Shown here one piece after another: positions 33,901 through 47,600 of a stretch of DNA of 64,000 nt. The stretch is from NCBI GenBank assembly GCA_030248215.1, contig JASANG010003711.1:682001-746000 (forward strand), read 5' to 3'. This DNA comes from Enoplolaimus lenunculus. Taxonomy: Eukaryota. The notes beneath the pieces are model-generated. The model was not told the origin of the DNA. It saw only the letters and a program-made list of their open reading frames with translations, and made no database searches. Made by a program: the position numbers and the translations under genes. Each line of letters opens with the position of its first letter. The first letter of the stretch is position 1.

Positions 33901-35081
33901 CTGGGAAATAAGACAAACGTACACATTTGAACAACATTTTAGCCATTGGTTATAAAGTTTGAGAAAAAATATAAGTTTTGGCACTATCCTTGTTTATGGT
34001 TTCACAGTGTAAAGTGAAATTCTAAAATAGTCATAATAGATCAGAAGGATAAAGTAAACCAAAAATAAGACATTTTGTAAACAATACTAAAACCTAAATT
34101 AAGTGTTTGGTAATGGCGGGCGGAACCTTGTCTAGAAACCCGGGATTGTTAGCAGAGAGGGGCAGGAACATTTTCAAAGGGACAGCACAACATAGAATTC
34201 TTTGGATAATTGGAAGACGTTTGTTGGGAAGTGGCGGACGCCCCTCGTTGTTGCGGACCTGGCGAAACAAATTTCAACCCGAAAACAAACCTATCATATA
34301 CTTTTTCAGAAATTAGATAATTGAAATAACCTAAGAATTATTTTTTCGTATTACCATATTCACGCCAATGGCTTTTTTCTAATACACTGTGTTTATAGCA
34401 GTTGCTTTTCAGTTGGTTTAGCAAAATATTTTGGGCCAATGTTACTTTTAGGGGCGTAAAAGTAGATTAAACATATTCCTAAGCCTAACCCCAAGCCTTA
34501 GCGTTGCAAAAATGAGTCCCTAAGCCTAAGCCTAACCTAAGCCTAGGCCAAAAAATGTAATCCAGAATCTAAATCTACTCTTTTATTGATCCACCAGAGA
34601 CCTGGACACCTCTTAAAGTAACATGGGCCATATTTTCTATGAAAAAATAGCAGCCCAGTTTTAGTTTAATAAAGCTATGTTTATACGAAACTATGCATCG
34701 ATCACAATAAAAATTTCATTTTGCCACCGAAAACTGTATAAGGTAGGGTTAAAACGTGTCAATTTTCAAAATTGTTATGCGCTACGCCTATACCCTAACT
34801 CGTGTCACAGCCCTATCCTAATACGTGTCAAAGACCATTTCGTAACACGCGTTGGGGCAGAGTTTACGCAATTTTTGCGTTATGGTAAAGTTAACGCATG
34901 ACAATTTCGAAATTTGACACGTATTAACCGTGCCTTATACTGTTTTCGGTGGAACAATGAAATTTTTTGGTTGTGAACAATGCACTTTTACCTGAGCAGA
35001 TCCCATCGAATGTGTTAACAAAAGCACATTCACAAGAGTAAAAATGAAGCATTTCCAAACGAACAAATAACCCAAGCTCAT
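33625..35081 (-). CDS. gene model: secreted neuropeptide-like prepropeptide with tachykinin-related FxGxR-amide motif (2-3 coding exons, 121-165 aa)
   Basis: Signal-peptide exon 34992-35081, optional exon 34127-34258, peptide exon 33625-33900; all junctions phase 0 GT-AG. Confidence 0.7.
34127..34258 (-). CDS. prepropeptide candidate middle exon VRNNEGRPPLPNKRLPIIQRILCCAVPLKMFLPLSANNPGFLDK
   Basis: 132 nt, acceptor TTTGTTTCGCCAG, weak donor AAG|GTTCCG (a similar AAG|GTTCGC donor is used at 53631); open in phase 0; GC-richer than flanks. Confidence 0.45.
34434..34629. mobile_element. MITE family B (Merlin-like)
   Basis: GGCCAATGTTACTTT ... AAAGTAACATGGGCC; TSD ATATTTTG/ATATTTTC. Confidence 0.8.
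34693..34985. mobile_element. long-TIR MITE in the prepropeptide intron
   Basis: TGCATCGATCACAATAAAAATTTCATT ... AATGAAATTTTTTGGTTGTGAACAATGCA; left arm also at about 11547-11660. Confidence 0.65.
34992..35081 (-). CDS. prepropeptide signal-peptide exon MSLGYLFVWKCFIFTLVNVLLLTHSMGSAQ
   Basis: ATG 35081, hydrophobic core, small residues before the likely cleavage, donor CAG|GTAAAA; acceptor 30 nt upstream of ATG (35112). Confidence 0.7.
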
Positions 35082-38000
35082 AATGAGTTCTTTTTTGACG
35101 TCGATTAACACCTGTTATTTAAGAAAGTTAAATACAGTTTGGTTGCCTATCCTGAAATCAAAACAATGAACGAAAAACAAACTGGTGGTGAAATTGGAGC
35201 AAATAAATCCGTTTAACGAAACAGCCGAAATGCCTCTTACGTAGTTTCGTGGAGGCTCTAAAAGGAATTGCAAATTTTTAGCAAGCAAACTAGCACCCAT
35301 GTCCCAAATTGAAAGAACCGTACGGACAAGCGATTGACATTAAAATTAAAACAAACGTTGAATTTTGGAACATTTGAAAGAGAAACGAGCGTTAAGTGCA
35401 CATTTCTAAAACAGATGTATACCAATGAAAAGAATTTTTGTTTTGTGTAGGATCGTATGAGTCACCTGATTGCTAGAATTTTCTGATCCATAGTTACAAT
35501 GAGTATAGAATTATGAAGAAACCCTCGCGTGCGAAGCGAACGAGAAACTTGACACAATGTTAATAACTACGTTGTTTTCGGAGCAGTTGCAAAACAACTT
35601 CAATTCATGGAGTGTGGGTCACCATAGGCACTTAGCCAAGTGCTGTCTGGAGGATCCAAACCCACCAATTTAATACAAACAAAAATTTGTTATTCGACAA
35701 TTGCAAACAAAATTAATACTTAGTTTACGCCCAGAGTCTGGTTTGCTTGGCTCACGAGATTTTTATCATATTTTAACACTCCCGGTAATGGTTGATATGG
35801 AACTCTACCAATTGAATTAACCGCATAAACCCACACTGAACTTAAATTTTTTTAAGACACATCATTTTTATGGCTCAAGATTTGCGCTCACTCATCTCCC
35901 GAATTATTCAAAACGCAACCTTTACTGCGTAAACCTTTATAGCCTAAACCGAGCAGAAAATTCAGACTCCACACTTGAGCCAGACCACCAGATCACTGTC
36001 TGTATACGCGATTGATTCTTACTACTGGAAAACGTAGTTTCGCCATTTTTACCAAAATATTCAAACGTCGTCAACAATAGTTACAGACCAATAATGGTTC
36101 AAGTGATGTTCGTGAGAGCTTGCTTTAACCCTTCAAGTTATCGTTTCCGTATGATGGATTTATTCGATGCAATAAAAACCAATACCTCGCATTGTTTGTG
36201 GCGTGGTGGTACTTACCAGTGAAAAATACAGGGTTAGGCAAAAACTTGTAATAACCAAATTATATTAAAAATAAACCAGAATGGCGAAAATTTATCAGCT
36301 TTTGCGATCATAAAAGATGGAATACACTTTCGATGAAACAATTCTGTCAAACGGATACAGTGGTGTCCCGAGGGTTAGCTAGACTCCCCTAGAATATTAA
36401 TGGAATGGGATAAAGGGGGTATCTTTGAGTTGGATTAATTTCAACTTAAAGCAAAGTAAACTGTTCACCGTGAAACATATAGCTTGTGCGTACTGCAAAC
36501 AACACCGTTTGTTTTCTATTTTTGGGTTCTTGCGGTAACTTTGATCACCTTTAAGCTAATAACGCTAATTACAATTTTCAAAGTTTTACGTAGAATTGGA
36601 AACCTATAGAAACAGATATTATTGGGCTGTTTTGGATAAAATTCAAAACAAAAATATTTATAAATAGCGAAGCCTGTTTTCGTGTTCTCTTCGTACGACA
36701 CAAAACCAGAACGATTTTGAAACATTTGTGGTCCCTTTTTAAATCAGTTTGTTTGTAGTCCTGCTAGTCGCCACAGACTAAAGTAAGTATGTTTGAGGCC
36801 TTGCCACTTGTATACAAATTCGCAAACGTAAAGTATGAAGACTATAAGGATGATTTGTTCAAACGAGGCCGACGCAATTCTTTTCCGAAACAGCAAATAG
36901 CCAAGAATATTGAAACTAGCAACGCCATCAATATGTACGAAAAACCAATTGCCTTATAATTTGCTTAAAATGCCCATGGAAACATCAGGGACCGAACATT
37001 TTTCTGCGTGACTGCTATACTGCTAACCTTAACCTTTAGACTGATTTTTTGCCTAAGATATCAGGCTTTGGTTCATGCTTAAACTGGTACTGGATGTGTT
37101 ATGTATTGTAACTTTTGCAACAGCAAATATACACGAAAGACGACCATGTATGGAAAATTGGAGCTCGAACGCACTTAAACAAAATCAAAAAACGCAAAAT
37201 TAACCGTTTTCGCAAGCGTGCAAACTGTAATATATTATTTTTTCAAATAAGGATTATCACTTAATTTATTTGGTTTTTGTGATCACCGATGATCAAGGCT
37301 TTTTAACCGATTTATTGAAAAATCTTATCTCCATCACGCTTGTGATGTTATACTTTAATGATAGCAGACAAATCAAGATTATCCAGCATGGATTAGAGTG
37401 TTTATGCAATGAGATGGATTATTATTCATTTAAGATGCAGTATTTACCGGTACGTAGTCGAAGTTGAAGCGACTGGTAGCTTCTTTAACACAAGAAACAC
37501 TGTGGGAACATATGTGTATCAGTGAACTTCCCTTGGTTTAGGCTTATTATAAAGGCTTGATGAACATAAAACCCTCAGTCTAAACAAAGTCTACAACCGC
37601 AAGTCTATAGTTAAGCCTTAGGGTGGCGGGTATAATTTTGATGACGTCCGTCGCAGTCGGTCAACGTGCAATATCATACGCGAATTTACTCACGTACGAT
37701 ACCGTACGGTGACGGACGGTGATGCACAATGCCGAACATCGACTGCCGCGCGATAATTATAGAGCCACCCAAAGCCTAACCTTCTCAGTCTCTGGGTCGC
37801 TTTGTCTCCCCCAGTGTTTCAGCGGCAGGCCCTAACAATGTACATGGGCCAGCGGGCCAATCAACCAACAGAAGAAAACGTAGTACTGGAAGCAGAAATT
37901 ATGTATTCAAGCTTAGGCCGTCTAAATCGATGCAGTTTTACGACCTCGAAAACAACGACAAGACAAAAAGATTCTGGTAACAACAAAAAGCAAACAGCAT

Positions 38001-39216
38001 TTACTACGGTCACTGAATTTGTGAATCTGAATTCGAAACTCAAATATGATGACGAACTACTGAGTCAATTATTTTCTTCACGTGCACAAGAATTAAAAAT
38101 AGCAATTATTTTTATGTGAAAGTTTAAATTTTGCAATTATTTAAACCGAACAGTTTATAACAAAGACCCGATCATGCATACCTTGCAGTGTAAAATTAAT
38201 TTATTTCTTTGAATGACGCTAAAACTATTTATTACGCACATGGACCATGCTATATATCCAGACTGTTTTTGCTAGTTGAAAGTAGCTTGAGCACGTGTTC
38301 CAGCCAAGCTATGGTGCACTCGCCGAGTATGAGAGCAAATTCCATACGGAGCAGCAAACGTCGTGTGGACGTTCACAGCTATAAAGCCGAGCCGTACATG
38401 AAATTAACACTCACTTTTGCTCAACTTGAACTCGGTTAATTGAAAGCTTGCTTGTTATAGTAAAATAGATTTAGATTAGACTATATTTAACGATGTATAC
38501 GTATAGAATCGTATAAAATTTGATGAACAGAGTGGGTAAACGGCCCATGGTATAAATCTTCAGCAAAGCTATCAACTTTTTGGTAAATTTACGATAAGTC
38601 GTCACCCAACAACTTGTCGCCCAACAGTGTCCTATTGCCTCTAAATCAAGCTTAGCGTAATCCTAAGGGCCATCCTATTAGTGTAAGCCTAAGCCTAAGC
38701 CTATAAACATACAGTGCTGGTTAACAAAAGGTTGCACCGATGCGATTTCGGATTAAAAACAGTCGGTCGACGAATTGTCATGATACCCATTTCCATAGCA
38801 ATTACTTGATAATGTTGTTTTTGATGTCAACGGAATGAGAGAATGTTACTCGCTGAGCAAAACGCTATGCATCGATTTATCATTTATGATAACGAAGTCT
38901 GAAGGCATTTGCAGAATTAATTTAGCACTAAAGAGCTTTTATCTCTTGTGTTATTTTCACAACTTTACCATTGAAATGAGATTTTGACTTTATTATTCGA
39001 TGTAGCTTACTTAAAGAAGATTAGCGAATCGTTGTATTACGGCCGAGAAAATAATTTTTCTATGCTAAAATTGTGAAACCAATCTAATAGAGCTTAGGAT
39101 TTGTATAAGCTGTTCGTAAAGTTTCTAAGTCTATAAAGTGGTTTGTAATGTTATATGCCGAAAGCGATTTGCATAAAGCTTGGAATGCTACGAATAGAAA
39201 AGCTCTCAAACGCAGG

Positions 39217-39417
39217 GGCCAATATAAAGAACAGGGGCGTAGCAGTATTAGTAGCATATTCCTAAGCGTAAGCGTAAGCGTAAGCCTAAGCCTAAGCGTA
39301 AGAATGAGCATATTCCTAAGCCTAAGCCTAATCCAAGCGAAAAATTAGGATAAAGGTTAAGCTTACTCTATTCTAGTCTAACAGAAAAACTCTCCGCCCC
39401 TGATCTTTACAACGGCC
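39217..39417. mobile_element. MITE family B2 (CCTAAG/CGTAAG repeats)
   Basis: GGCCAATATAAAGAACAGGGGCG ... CGCCCCTGATCTTTACAACGGCC. Confidence 0.75.
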
Positions 39418-39461
39418 GACGCAGCGTTTACAACTGCCTTATATCGCCCAAAATATACATA

Positions 39462-39465
<4 letters not shown>

Positions 39466-39524
<59 letters not shown>
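39466..39524. repeat. (TA)n microsatellite
   Basis: Direct inspection. Confidence 0.95.
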
Positions 39525-39528
<4 letters not shown>

Positions 39529-41537
39529 TTGTACTTATGCAATATTCAAGTATGCATATTATGTGAACGCTTTAAATGCATGAGCCCGTAACGGACAGGA
39601 AAATACCCTTATGCATGCCGATATCATGAGTTATTTAAATATGTGGCTTTTGTAGCGTTTCCCAACATTTAAGACTAAAGCTTATTTCCAGGTAAAAGCT
39701 GAATACAGGATTGTAACGTCTTAATGAATTATGAACCAGCGTGGCATATTAATAAAATAAGACAGATTCACATTCTATACAGCATTTCTGTATTAATAAG
39801 AATCGTGTAAAAAATAAACCAGTTTCAACTGGTTTTAGGGTTATAAATGACGTCTTTCAAAACGATGTTTGGATGTCGAGAAACTCTGAAATGAATAACT
39901 TGCGTAGCTAAACGCTATTAAACACATCAAGGAGTTTTAGCGTTTGTCAAAGCTCTACTTTTCTATTAATATAATTGATTTTTTTCAAAACGCGACTACC
40001 GCTCTGCATTTAATGTCTTTTAGTTTGATTTCCAAAATATTTCGTACTAACCGCTTCCGCATAATATAGGTTATGTATAATCAATGTTGCTCATGGTTCG
40101 CATTGGCAAATACTGTACTGAATCCTAGGATTTTTAAATCTACGTTACAAATTGTGGCTTGTGCGAAAATTACTGAAACGAGTTTGTTTCATTAGACCAT
40201 CATTATGTTGTATCAATTTATCCAGGTGTTTCATCGAAACTACGCACCGTCATAAATCAATTAAATATTTAGTCATTCCAAATGAAACAGGCCCAAAGCG
40301 GTATCATTCTCCGTAATAACATACACTGTAAATTCCAGTGAGTTGATTTTAACTCAGAATGAGTTGGTTGAGTTCACTCAAATGCTAAAGCTCTGAATTC
40401 AGAGCGAACCGATATTTCTTATTATTAACTGAGAAATAACCAGAAATAGCTAATTTGCTCTCTGATTTGATTCATCCACTTATCGCAATATACAGTGTAC
40501 ATCTTGCAATGAAATGCGTCCTGCATTTAATTGTCTTATCATATAAAGTTAATGTTTTAAAAAAGTCGTGCAATTCTATCGTCGCCAATCGGCCATGAGG
40601 ATTAAGCAGCTTCTTCATCAATGAATTTTTCAAATTGCTACTGGCTGGCCACGGATTTATATACCCATTTCCACACAGGTATATTTTAAAAACCATATTA
40701 TTTCTTATATTTTTGTCAAAATTGCAGGTGTCTATTTTCGAAACAAAGATATGTCGAACTTTCACACCAATAATTGCAGTGTAAATTATTTTGTCAGCAG
40801 TATTATTTTGAATCAAATTTAAAAATGTCCAAGGGCGTAGCCATGACGTTGATAAGCAAAGCATGTTTTATAAATTTAGAGATGACGATTTCTTATGTTA
40901 CTTTGTTTACTTTTACTAAAATAAATTCCTAAAAATTTTCGTTCAAAAATCACAGAGAAGATTTGATCCATAAACCCCATTTAGCTACGCTCGTTGAAAA
41001 ATTTTCCACAAAAAGGATTGAGTTGCTTACAAGAGGTGCAAATATAATAATAATAATAATTATAATTATAATAAATTGGCACATGAACTGATTATTAATA
41101 TAAACATGGCAGTGACAAATGCATTGTATAAAAAAACGAATATTGCTAACTTTAAAAAACTATATGTAATTACAGTAGCAAGCGAAAATCTTGGTGATCT
41201 TAGCTTGATTTACGTTTGTTTGCTCTAGCAAAAAAACTGTTGCCTTTCAGTTGTAGTCACACAAATTTTGAAAGTCATTATCCGACGCCTTGGTTTAGTA
41301 AAATATCAGATTTATCTCAATCTTGGCATCGGCATGTGTAGACTACCTCGAAATACGGTAAACACTCTTAAAAACCCAACTTAATATTGTAACACTTAAA
41401 CCTTTAGTACGACTAATCTCCAGTACTAGGAACATGGGAGACTGTTATATAGAATGTAGTGAATAATTTAAACGTTTATGGTTCGTTTTATAATGTAATA
41501 GCTGCTTGTGACTATAAACGGATACGCCATAACATGT

Positions 41538-41684
41538 TCATAAGAAACAAACAGGCCCTATTTCAAGCCCAAACTCTTGGCTCTCGCTGCCAATATCAAA
41601 AATCGCAATATCAACAAACGGTAATCGTTGTGGGCGCTTCGTTCTCAGATTCAGGATGGTCTGTGACCACGTTGGACTTCGAGT
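41538..41684 (-). CDS. fibrillar collagen last exon [48 protein letters not shown]
   Basis: 147 nt, acceptor TTTTAG, stop TGA; canonical COLFI C-terminus. Confidence 0.95.
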   Translation of the reverse strand, partial: TRSPTWSQTILNLRTKRPQRLPFVDIAIFDIGSESQEFGLEIGPVCFL

Positions 41685-44600
41685 CTAAAAGCAGATATAC
41701 GAACAAAAATTGAATAAAAAACTAGTTTTAAACAATATTTGCTTATATTGAAAATCATATTGAGATAAGATGCATTTTATTCAGTTTAGCTGAAAAAATG
41801 CAACGCAGCATTCACAAGACTTTTTCCCAACTGGGCATCAGAAACGATATATAATAGGGTTAAAGAGTACATTTTTGAAGCCATGTCGGGGAAAAATACT
41901 GTGTTGTGAATGCTGAATTGTAATCACTACTTTTCGCTGCACGGTTACCAGTATTTAGCGCAAGTCCCTTTGAACGGATTTTAGCAGAGTGATTGCTAAA
42001 CCCGTTTCTGTCTTAGTTGAAAATTTTTAACCAAATAAAGACTATAATTAAATTTTAACGTTCGTAATAAATTTTAAATTTTAACGTTCGTAATAAATTT
42101 CTCAATCCATGCATTGCCGCAGCAATGCCGCCAAACATTTTCGGAAATTTAATTACACCACACCTGTTGGCAATCATAAACAATGAAAAATATATAATAC
42201 GATTCTGCAGTAACACAACTGCAGATCACAGTCCTGTTGCAATTGATGCGATACATTTCGCAACATGAAAGATACTTAATCGGGCCCATGTAAAGATCAG
42301 AGGCGGAACGTTTTTCTGTGGGACCACAATAGAATAAGCTTAAGTTTCAGACTAATTTTTTGCTTGGCTTATGCTTAGGCTTTAGGCCTAGGCTTAGGAA
42401 TAAGCTTATAATACTGTTCTGCCCGTGTTCTTTACATTGGCCCACAATCGCATAAAGTAAACTTTAACAGACGCCTAACATCAGTTTGTGAATCACTGCG
42501 TGTTTGGTAAACTAAAACAAATTCGTTGTTTTCAAACTGCTGTTGACCTGTAACCTCAAGTTATTTCGTCAATTCTTTAACTGAGCATCTCAAAACCCAG
42601 TTTTAAATTTATCAACAAAAATATTCACGCACACAATTTATAAATGCTCAGGAAAACGATGGAACGTGAACCGCTTCCGTTCGTAGAATTGTTTATCAGT
42701 GAATCCCTCATCTATAATCTAGTTGTTTAAGCCAACCATGAAATTGCGGAAAACATATATATACGAAAGTGTTTCGGTGTGCAAAACAATATTTGACGAA
42801 AAAAGACATTGAGGTTAGAAAGCCTTGATAGACAATGATTATACTTAATTAACATTTGTGTCGTTCGTTATGTGCTAACAAAATGTTTGCTGCACATAAA
42901 TTAAAACTAAATCTTCACACATATTTACAGTTTAGGATCCAGAAACTTCGAACCGCTGGGCTGTGTAATATATATGTAATACAAGCCAAACTCAATTTTA
43001 GTGCTATAACAGAACCGTTTTCTGAGCCTGTCCGATGGAGTATTGGGACCACAGTCTGGGTAACGCTCCTTCGTCCGCCCGCACACATACTTATGTGATA
43101 ATGCTTAAGATTAAACGATCACAGGTTTATACCTTGATAAACGAACCACAACAATTTCCAGCTAGACTTTTTGAGAAAAAATGTAGGTCGCTCAGACTGT
43201 TATAACGCTAGACATATTTTGAGACTAAAGTCAAAAACGAAACACATCTTAGACTACTTTCGAGGTAGAGCATCGATATATAATTTGATACCGACTTTAC
43301 TCGTGCTTCAATGCACTAACTGGTTCGCATAACATTAGAATCTTTTGAAATTTATACAGTGAAATTCGTTTTTACATTACTTAAATATTTCAGCAAAGGA
43401 CTTTCAAGGAGTTTTTTTTCTACATTTGTCAAAGAAATAGTGTTACCGTACAGATGTAGCGCTGGACGAATCTATACAATTCACTAATTCCTAATTTCTA
43501 AAACGTAAAGCAGCTGATATCATACTGCATATACTACACTACTTTTAGTCGTCTCCATGTTACTTCAAGGGGCGTCCACGTTTCGGGTGGGTCTATAAAT
43601 AAGTAGGTTTAGATTCTAGATTACATTTTTATGCTTAGGCTTAAGCTTAGGCTTAGGCTTAGGCTTAGGAACACATTTTTGCAACGCTTAGGCTTAAGCT
43701 TAGGCTTTCGGAATACGCTTAATCTACTGTTACGCCTCTTAAAGTGTTAACATTGGCTTTTGGACGAATAACTTTTCTCGTCCGATACATCGCATTTTAA
43801 AAAATTTTTATTTAAAAATTTGATACTCTTCAGTTCACTATGGTGCAGTTTTTATCATTAAAGAATATTTAACCGTATTTTGACGTTAAATAACAAATGG
43901 TTACAAGCTGGGCCTATAATCTCAAATGTGGAATAGCAACTATCATCAGTTAGTAATACGTTTTCAAACGTACTAACCATTACCGTAGTGGAAGTCAAAA
44001 TTAGTAGCAATGTACAGCAAATCATACGCGAAAATGTGCTGAATTTTGAGCGTCAGCCTTCGCTGGTTTCGAAAGTTACAAGACCTAACACCAAATGGTG
44101 ATAGGTGCTAAACACATTTCAAAATACGGCCGCAAAGGTTAAAGTGTATGATGTTACTTTTAGAATAGAACAGCAATACTTTCGTCAGAAAACGTTAAAA
44201 CTTTAAATCTATTATATTATTTATGTTCGGTATTCAATCTACTCAAAAAAACTAATAAATTAAAGTTACAAAAATGTTAGCATTTGGCTACATTGTATTA
44301 TCCACAATGTCACGTTAGTGTAGTAGTCATTGTGCCTGAATGAATGCATATTGTTGGTTAATTGAAAAGCTAAAAGTAAAACTGTCAAAGTTTAATTTTA
44401 GGTTTTGTACACTTCCTTCTACAGTTTTCGAAATTTTTTAAACCTTACGATATCTTAAAACAGACCGGAGTCGGTGCTGGAAATATTGTAACCACTTTAA
44501 GGTGTAATTCAGTTGGCAATGCAGCCTTGCAATTTTGCGTATCTTTTAGTTGAAACAAATTTCTCATTCACAACTAATTTAGCAGTCAATTTACCGAGAT

Positions 44601-47600
44601 GTTAATGAATAAAAATAACAACAATTTGTAGAAATCATAGTCCCAAAAGACCACAAGGTATACTCTGTAAAATGTTTCTGAGAATTGCAATGCTAGTGAC
44701 TTTAATACTAATTTGTGATACGCCACGAGAGAATTTCACAACAAATGTGAACTCGAAAATCAACACTTTGATTAAGATTTGGATACGATAAACAGTCATT
44801 AATGGTAATTATTTTTAAACTGAACGCTAGAAGCTGGTATCGAATAGTTATGAGGGGTTCAATTATAAATAACTGAGGCAGTCTGAGTCACGTTTTGTAC
44901 CAAGCTCGCAATACTGCTTGGCGAATGTACGACAGAATATGAACGTTTTAGAAACTTAATGAAACGTGACCTGTTATAGAATTTCAAACATCTTAGTCCA
45001 GCGGCACTTAATATTTTAGTGCTACAGGGCCCTTGGTTCAAAATTATAACCCGTTTAGTTCGAAGTAAACTTTTAAGCATTCTCTGAAGCTTGGATTGAA
45101 AATCATCAAAAGCGACAGTCCACAATGTAAGACTTGGTGACAATAAAATTGAATTCATTAATGTTCTCGGTGTTGACGCACAGGAGAGTTTAAGGGGATT
45201 CCCGCATGCCAGATTTCTTTTTGTATCATACATCAAACTCAGTTTTCTGATTATGTTAAATTTCTACCCAAAAAGTTGTAACGATGCCTATAAATACCTA
45301 TCGCGAGCGTTCCAGCGTTATTATTTACACAAGTTATCAAAAAACCGGTTCTTGAACACTTCGCCCACAGGCTTATGCTTAGGTTTAGGTGAATACCTCG
45401 CATCTTGTACATTTCCACAACAGAGGCGTAGGTTAATACTTCGGATCGTGTACACTTCCTCGAAAGGCTATGAAGCAGGCTCAGACATATGTTTACGTTC
45501 AGGAAAAGGCGTTCTTAAGCCTAAGCCTTTACCTACACCTAAGCCTTAAGCCGTATTCACACATGCAAGTTTTTGCTGCGAGAACTTGCAGCTGCAAATT
45601 GCACGCAGAACTTGCATTTTTTTCATCAGCCAATGAGAACGCGGCTGCAATTCATATCAGTGAACTTCAATGGTTGTTCACCCATGTGAACTACATTCCT
45701 AGCAATGCTTTGTAATAAGTTATTTGCAGCTCCATGTGTTTCGAACGGGATTTTGAACAAAACTTGCAAGTGCCAGTTGCAGTTGCAAGTTCTCACAGCA
45801 AAAAACTTGAACGTGTGAATAGGGCTTTAAGCATAAATGCGCGTGAATGTGTACAAGAAACAACCAATCGAACCGCAGTGTTCTTACTTTGCATCCATCT
45901 TCGACAACGGTGAACGCGAATTTAGAATGATCCAATTGTAATTCGAGATCATTGTACGACATCAGTTTAACAGCGCGACGCGATGAATTGTTCGTATCGT
46001 ATGCGGCAATTGACTTTCGGCAATGATATGTTAAATTTTGATGTGCAATTGAAGAAATTGCTTGCAGCATTTGTAATTGATTTGCGGTTGCTTTATATTT
46101 GAACTAAAATCGCTGACAAAATACTATGATTATAATTACCTCAAAACCTGGGACCACATTTGCAAATGGCTACAGGATCTGTCATCGGTTATCGGGTTTC
46201 AAACAAGCGGCCAATGTAACGAACACGGGCGGAACAGTATTATGGGCATATAACTAAGCCTAAACCTAAGCCTAAAGGCTAAGCCATGAAGTAAAGTTAA
46301 TCTAAAGGTTAAACTTATTCGATTCTGGTCTCACAGCAAAACGTTGCGCGACTGATCTTTACATGGGTCGAACAAGGTAACCAATGTATATGCTAACAGA
46401 TCTTTACCAGAACATTGATTGCAGAGTTTGCAAACTGGTTAAACGTCTGTTTTGCATTGGAACCAAAACCGCAAAAAGTGTTAATTTTACAAAAAAATAA
46501 AATTGCTAAATAATTCCAAACCATATTTCCATTGGGAATCTCGTCTCCGAACCATTTGTAGCCAGGATCGCCGTCATACCAGACTTTCTTTGGAAACTGT
46601 AAATCAACACTTCATTTAAAACAGGAAGTAGTCTTTGAAGTTTACTGTTTCTTTAACCCTTTCTCACATGAATATTTTCTATTTCCCCTGAGACCTACTT
46701 TTATGCTAGGATTCGAACTCCAGTAACTGGAATGGGAGGAGGCGTATACCATCACCACTGAGCTATAGGAGCTTGACGCTTGAGCCCGAGGGGGGCTGTC
46801 ACGTCTTGCGGTGATTTAGTACTATGCATGCGTGTTACAATTGTTAAACACGGTGCGATATATATTATTTAACGTATTTACACTGCGATTTGTTGCCTAT
46901 AGGCAACTCAATGTGAGAAGGGGTTATAGATAGTAAACTTAAAATTTTTTTGCTTAAATCGCTATAGTATTTCGGTTCGGCTTCCACAATAAAATAGAAG
47001 TTTCATAAGATAAATGATATACTGTAATGTTTACAATATAATCAAGTCATCAGAACTTCACTTTAGATACATTTAACAAAGAAAATACCTCAGATACAAC
47101 TGGATAAATGCAAGTTTCTTGAGTTATGCGGTCACAATGAACCTGTAGTGCATCATCGTAATGTCCTTGATTGGGGTCAACAAAATAAATGCCTGAAAAT
47201 TGTCAAAATAAAAACATCGAAATGACATCATAACAAAATTAGATTGACGAATCTATTACAATGATTTTCTTACTTAAATAAAAAATGATTTCATACTTTA
47301 AGAATATTATAAGTGACTTGTACGATCGTCTCCAAACCAGAAAGTATTATGATTTGTTTTATTCGCGATGTGCATTCTATATAATGTGTGCGTTCTGAAA
47401 AGCTTTTCTCTCTGTATTTGAACCTGAAAACAATGAATAAATAAATAAATAAATAAATAAATATATACAGGCTTGTCACAGGGAACGTTTCACTTACCTG
47501 AATCTTTGTGAGGATGCGCTTCGAACAATTGTTTGCAGGTTCTTGCAGGATTTTCGCGGTCACCCCATGGTTTTTTGTGTCTATCGTAATCATCGACCAA

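Noticed and set aside
37270..38119. Plus-strand ORFs between the peptide gene and the collagen
   Set aside because: Non-ATG starts in the track, no recognisable domain or consistent splice chain; a MITE lies between them
40472..40864. 130-aa minus-strand ORF downstream of the collagen stop
   Set aside because: AT-rich, no motif; probably 3' UTR or flank
44859..45236. 125-aa minus-strand ORF as possible last COLFI exon
   Set aside because: No COLFI motifs; the real last exon is 41538-41684, so this is intronic
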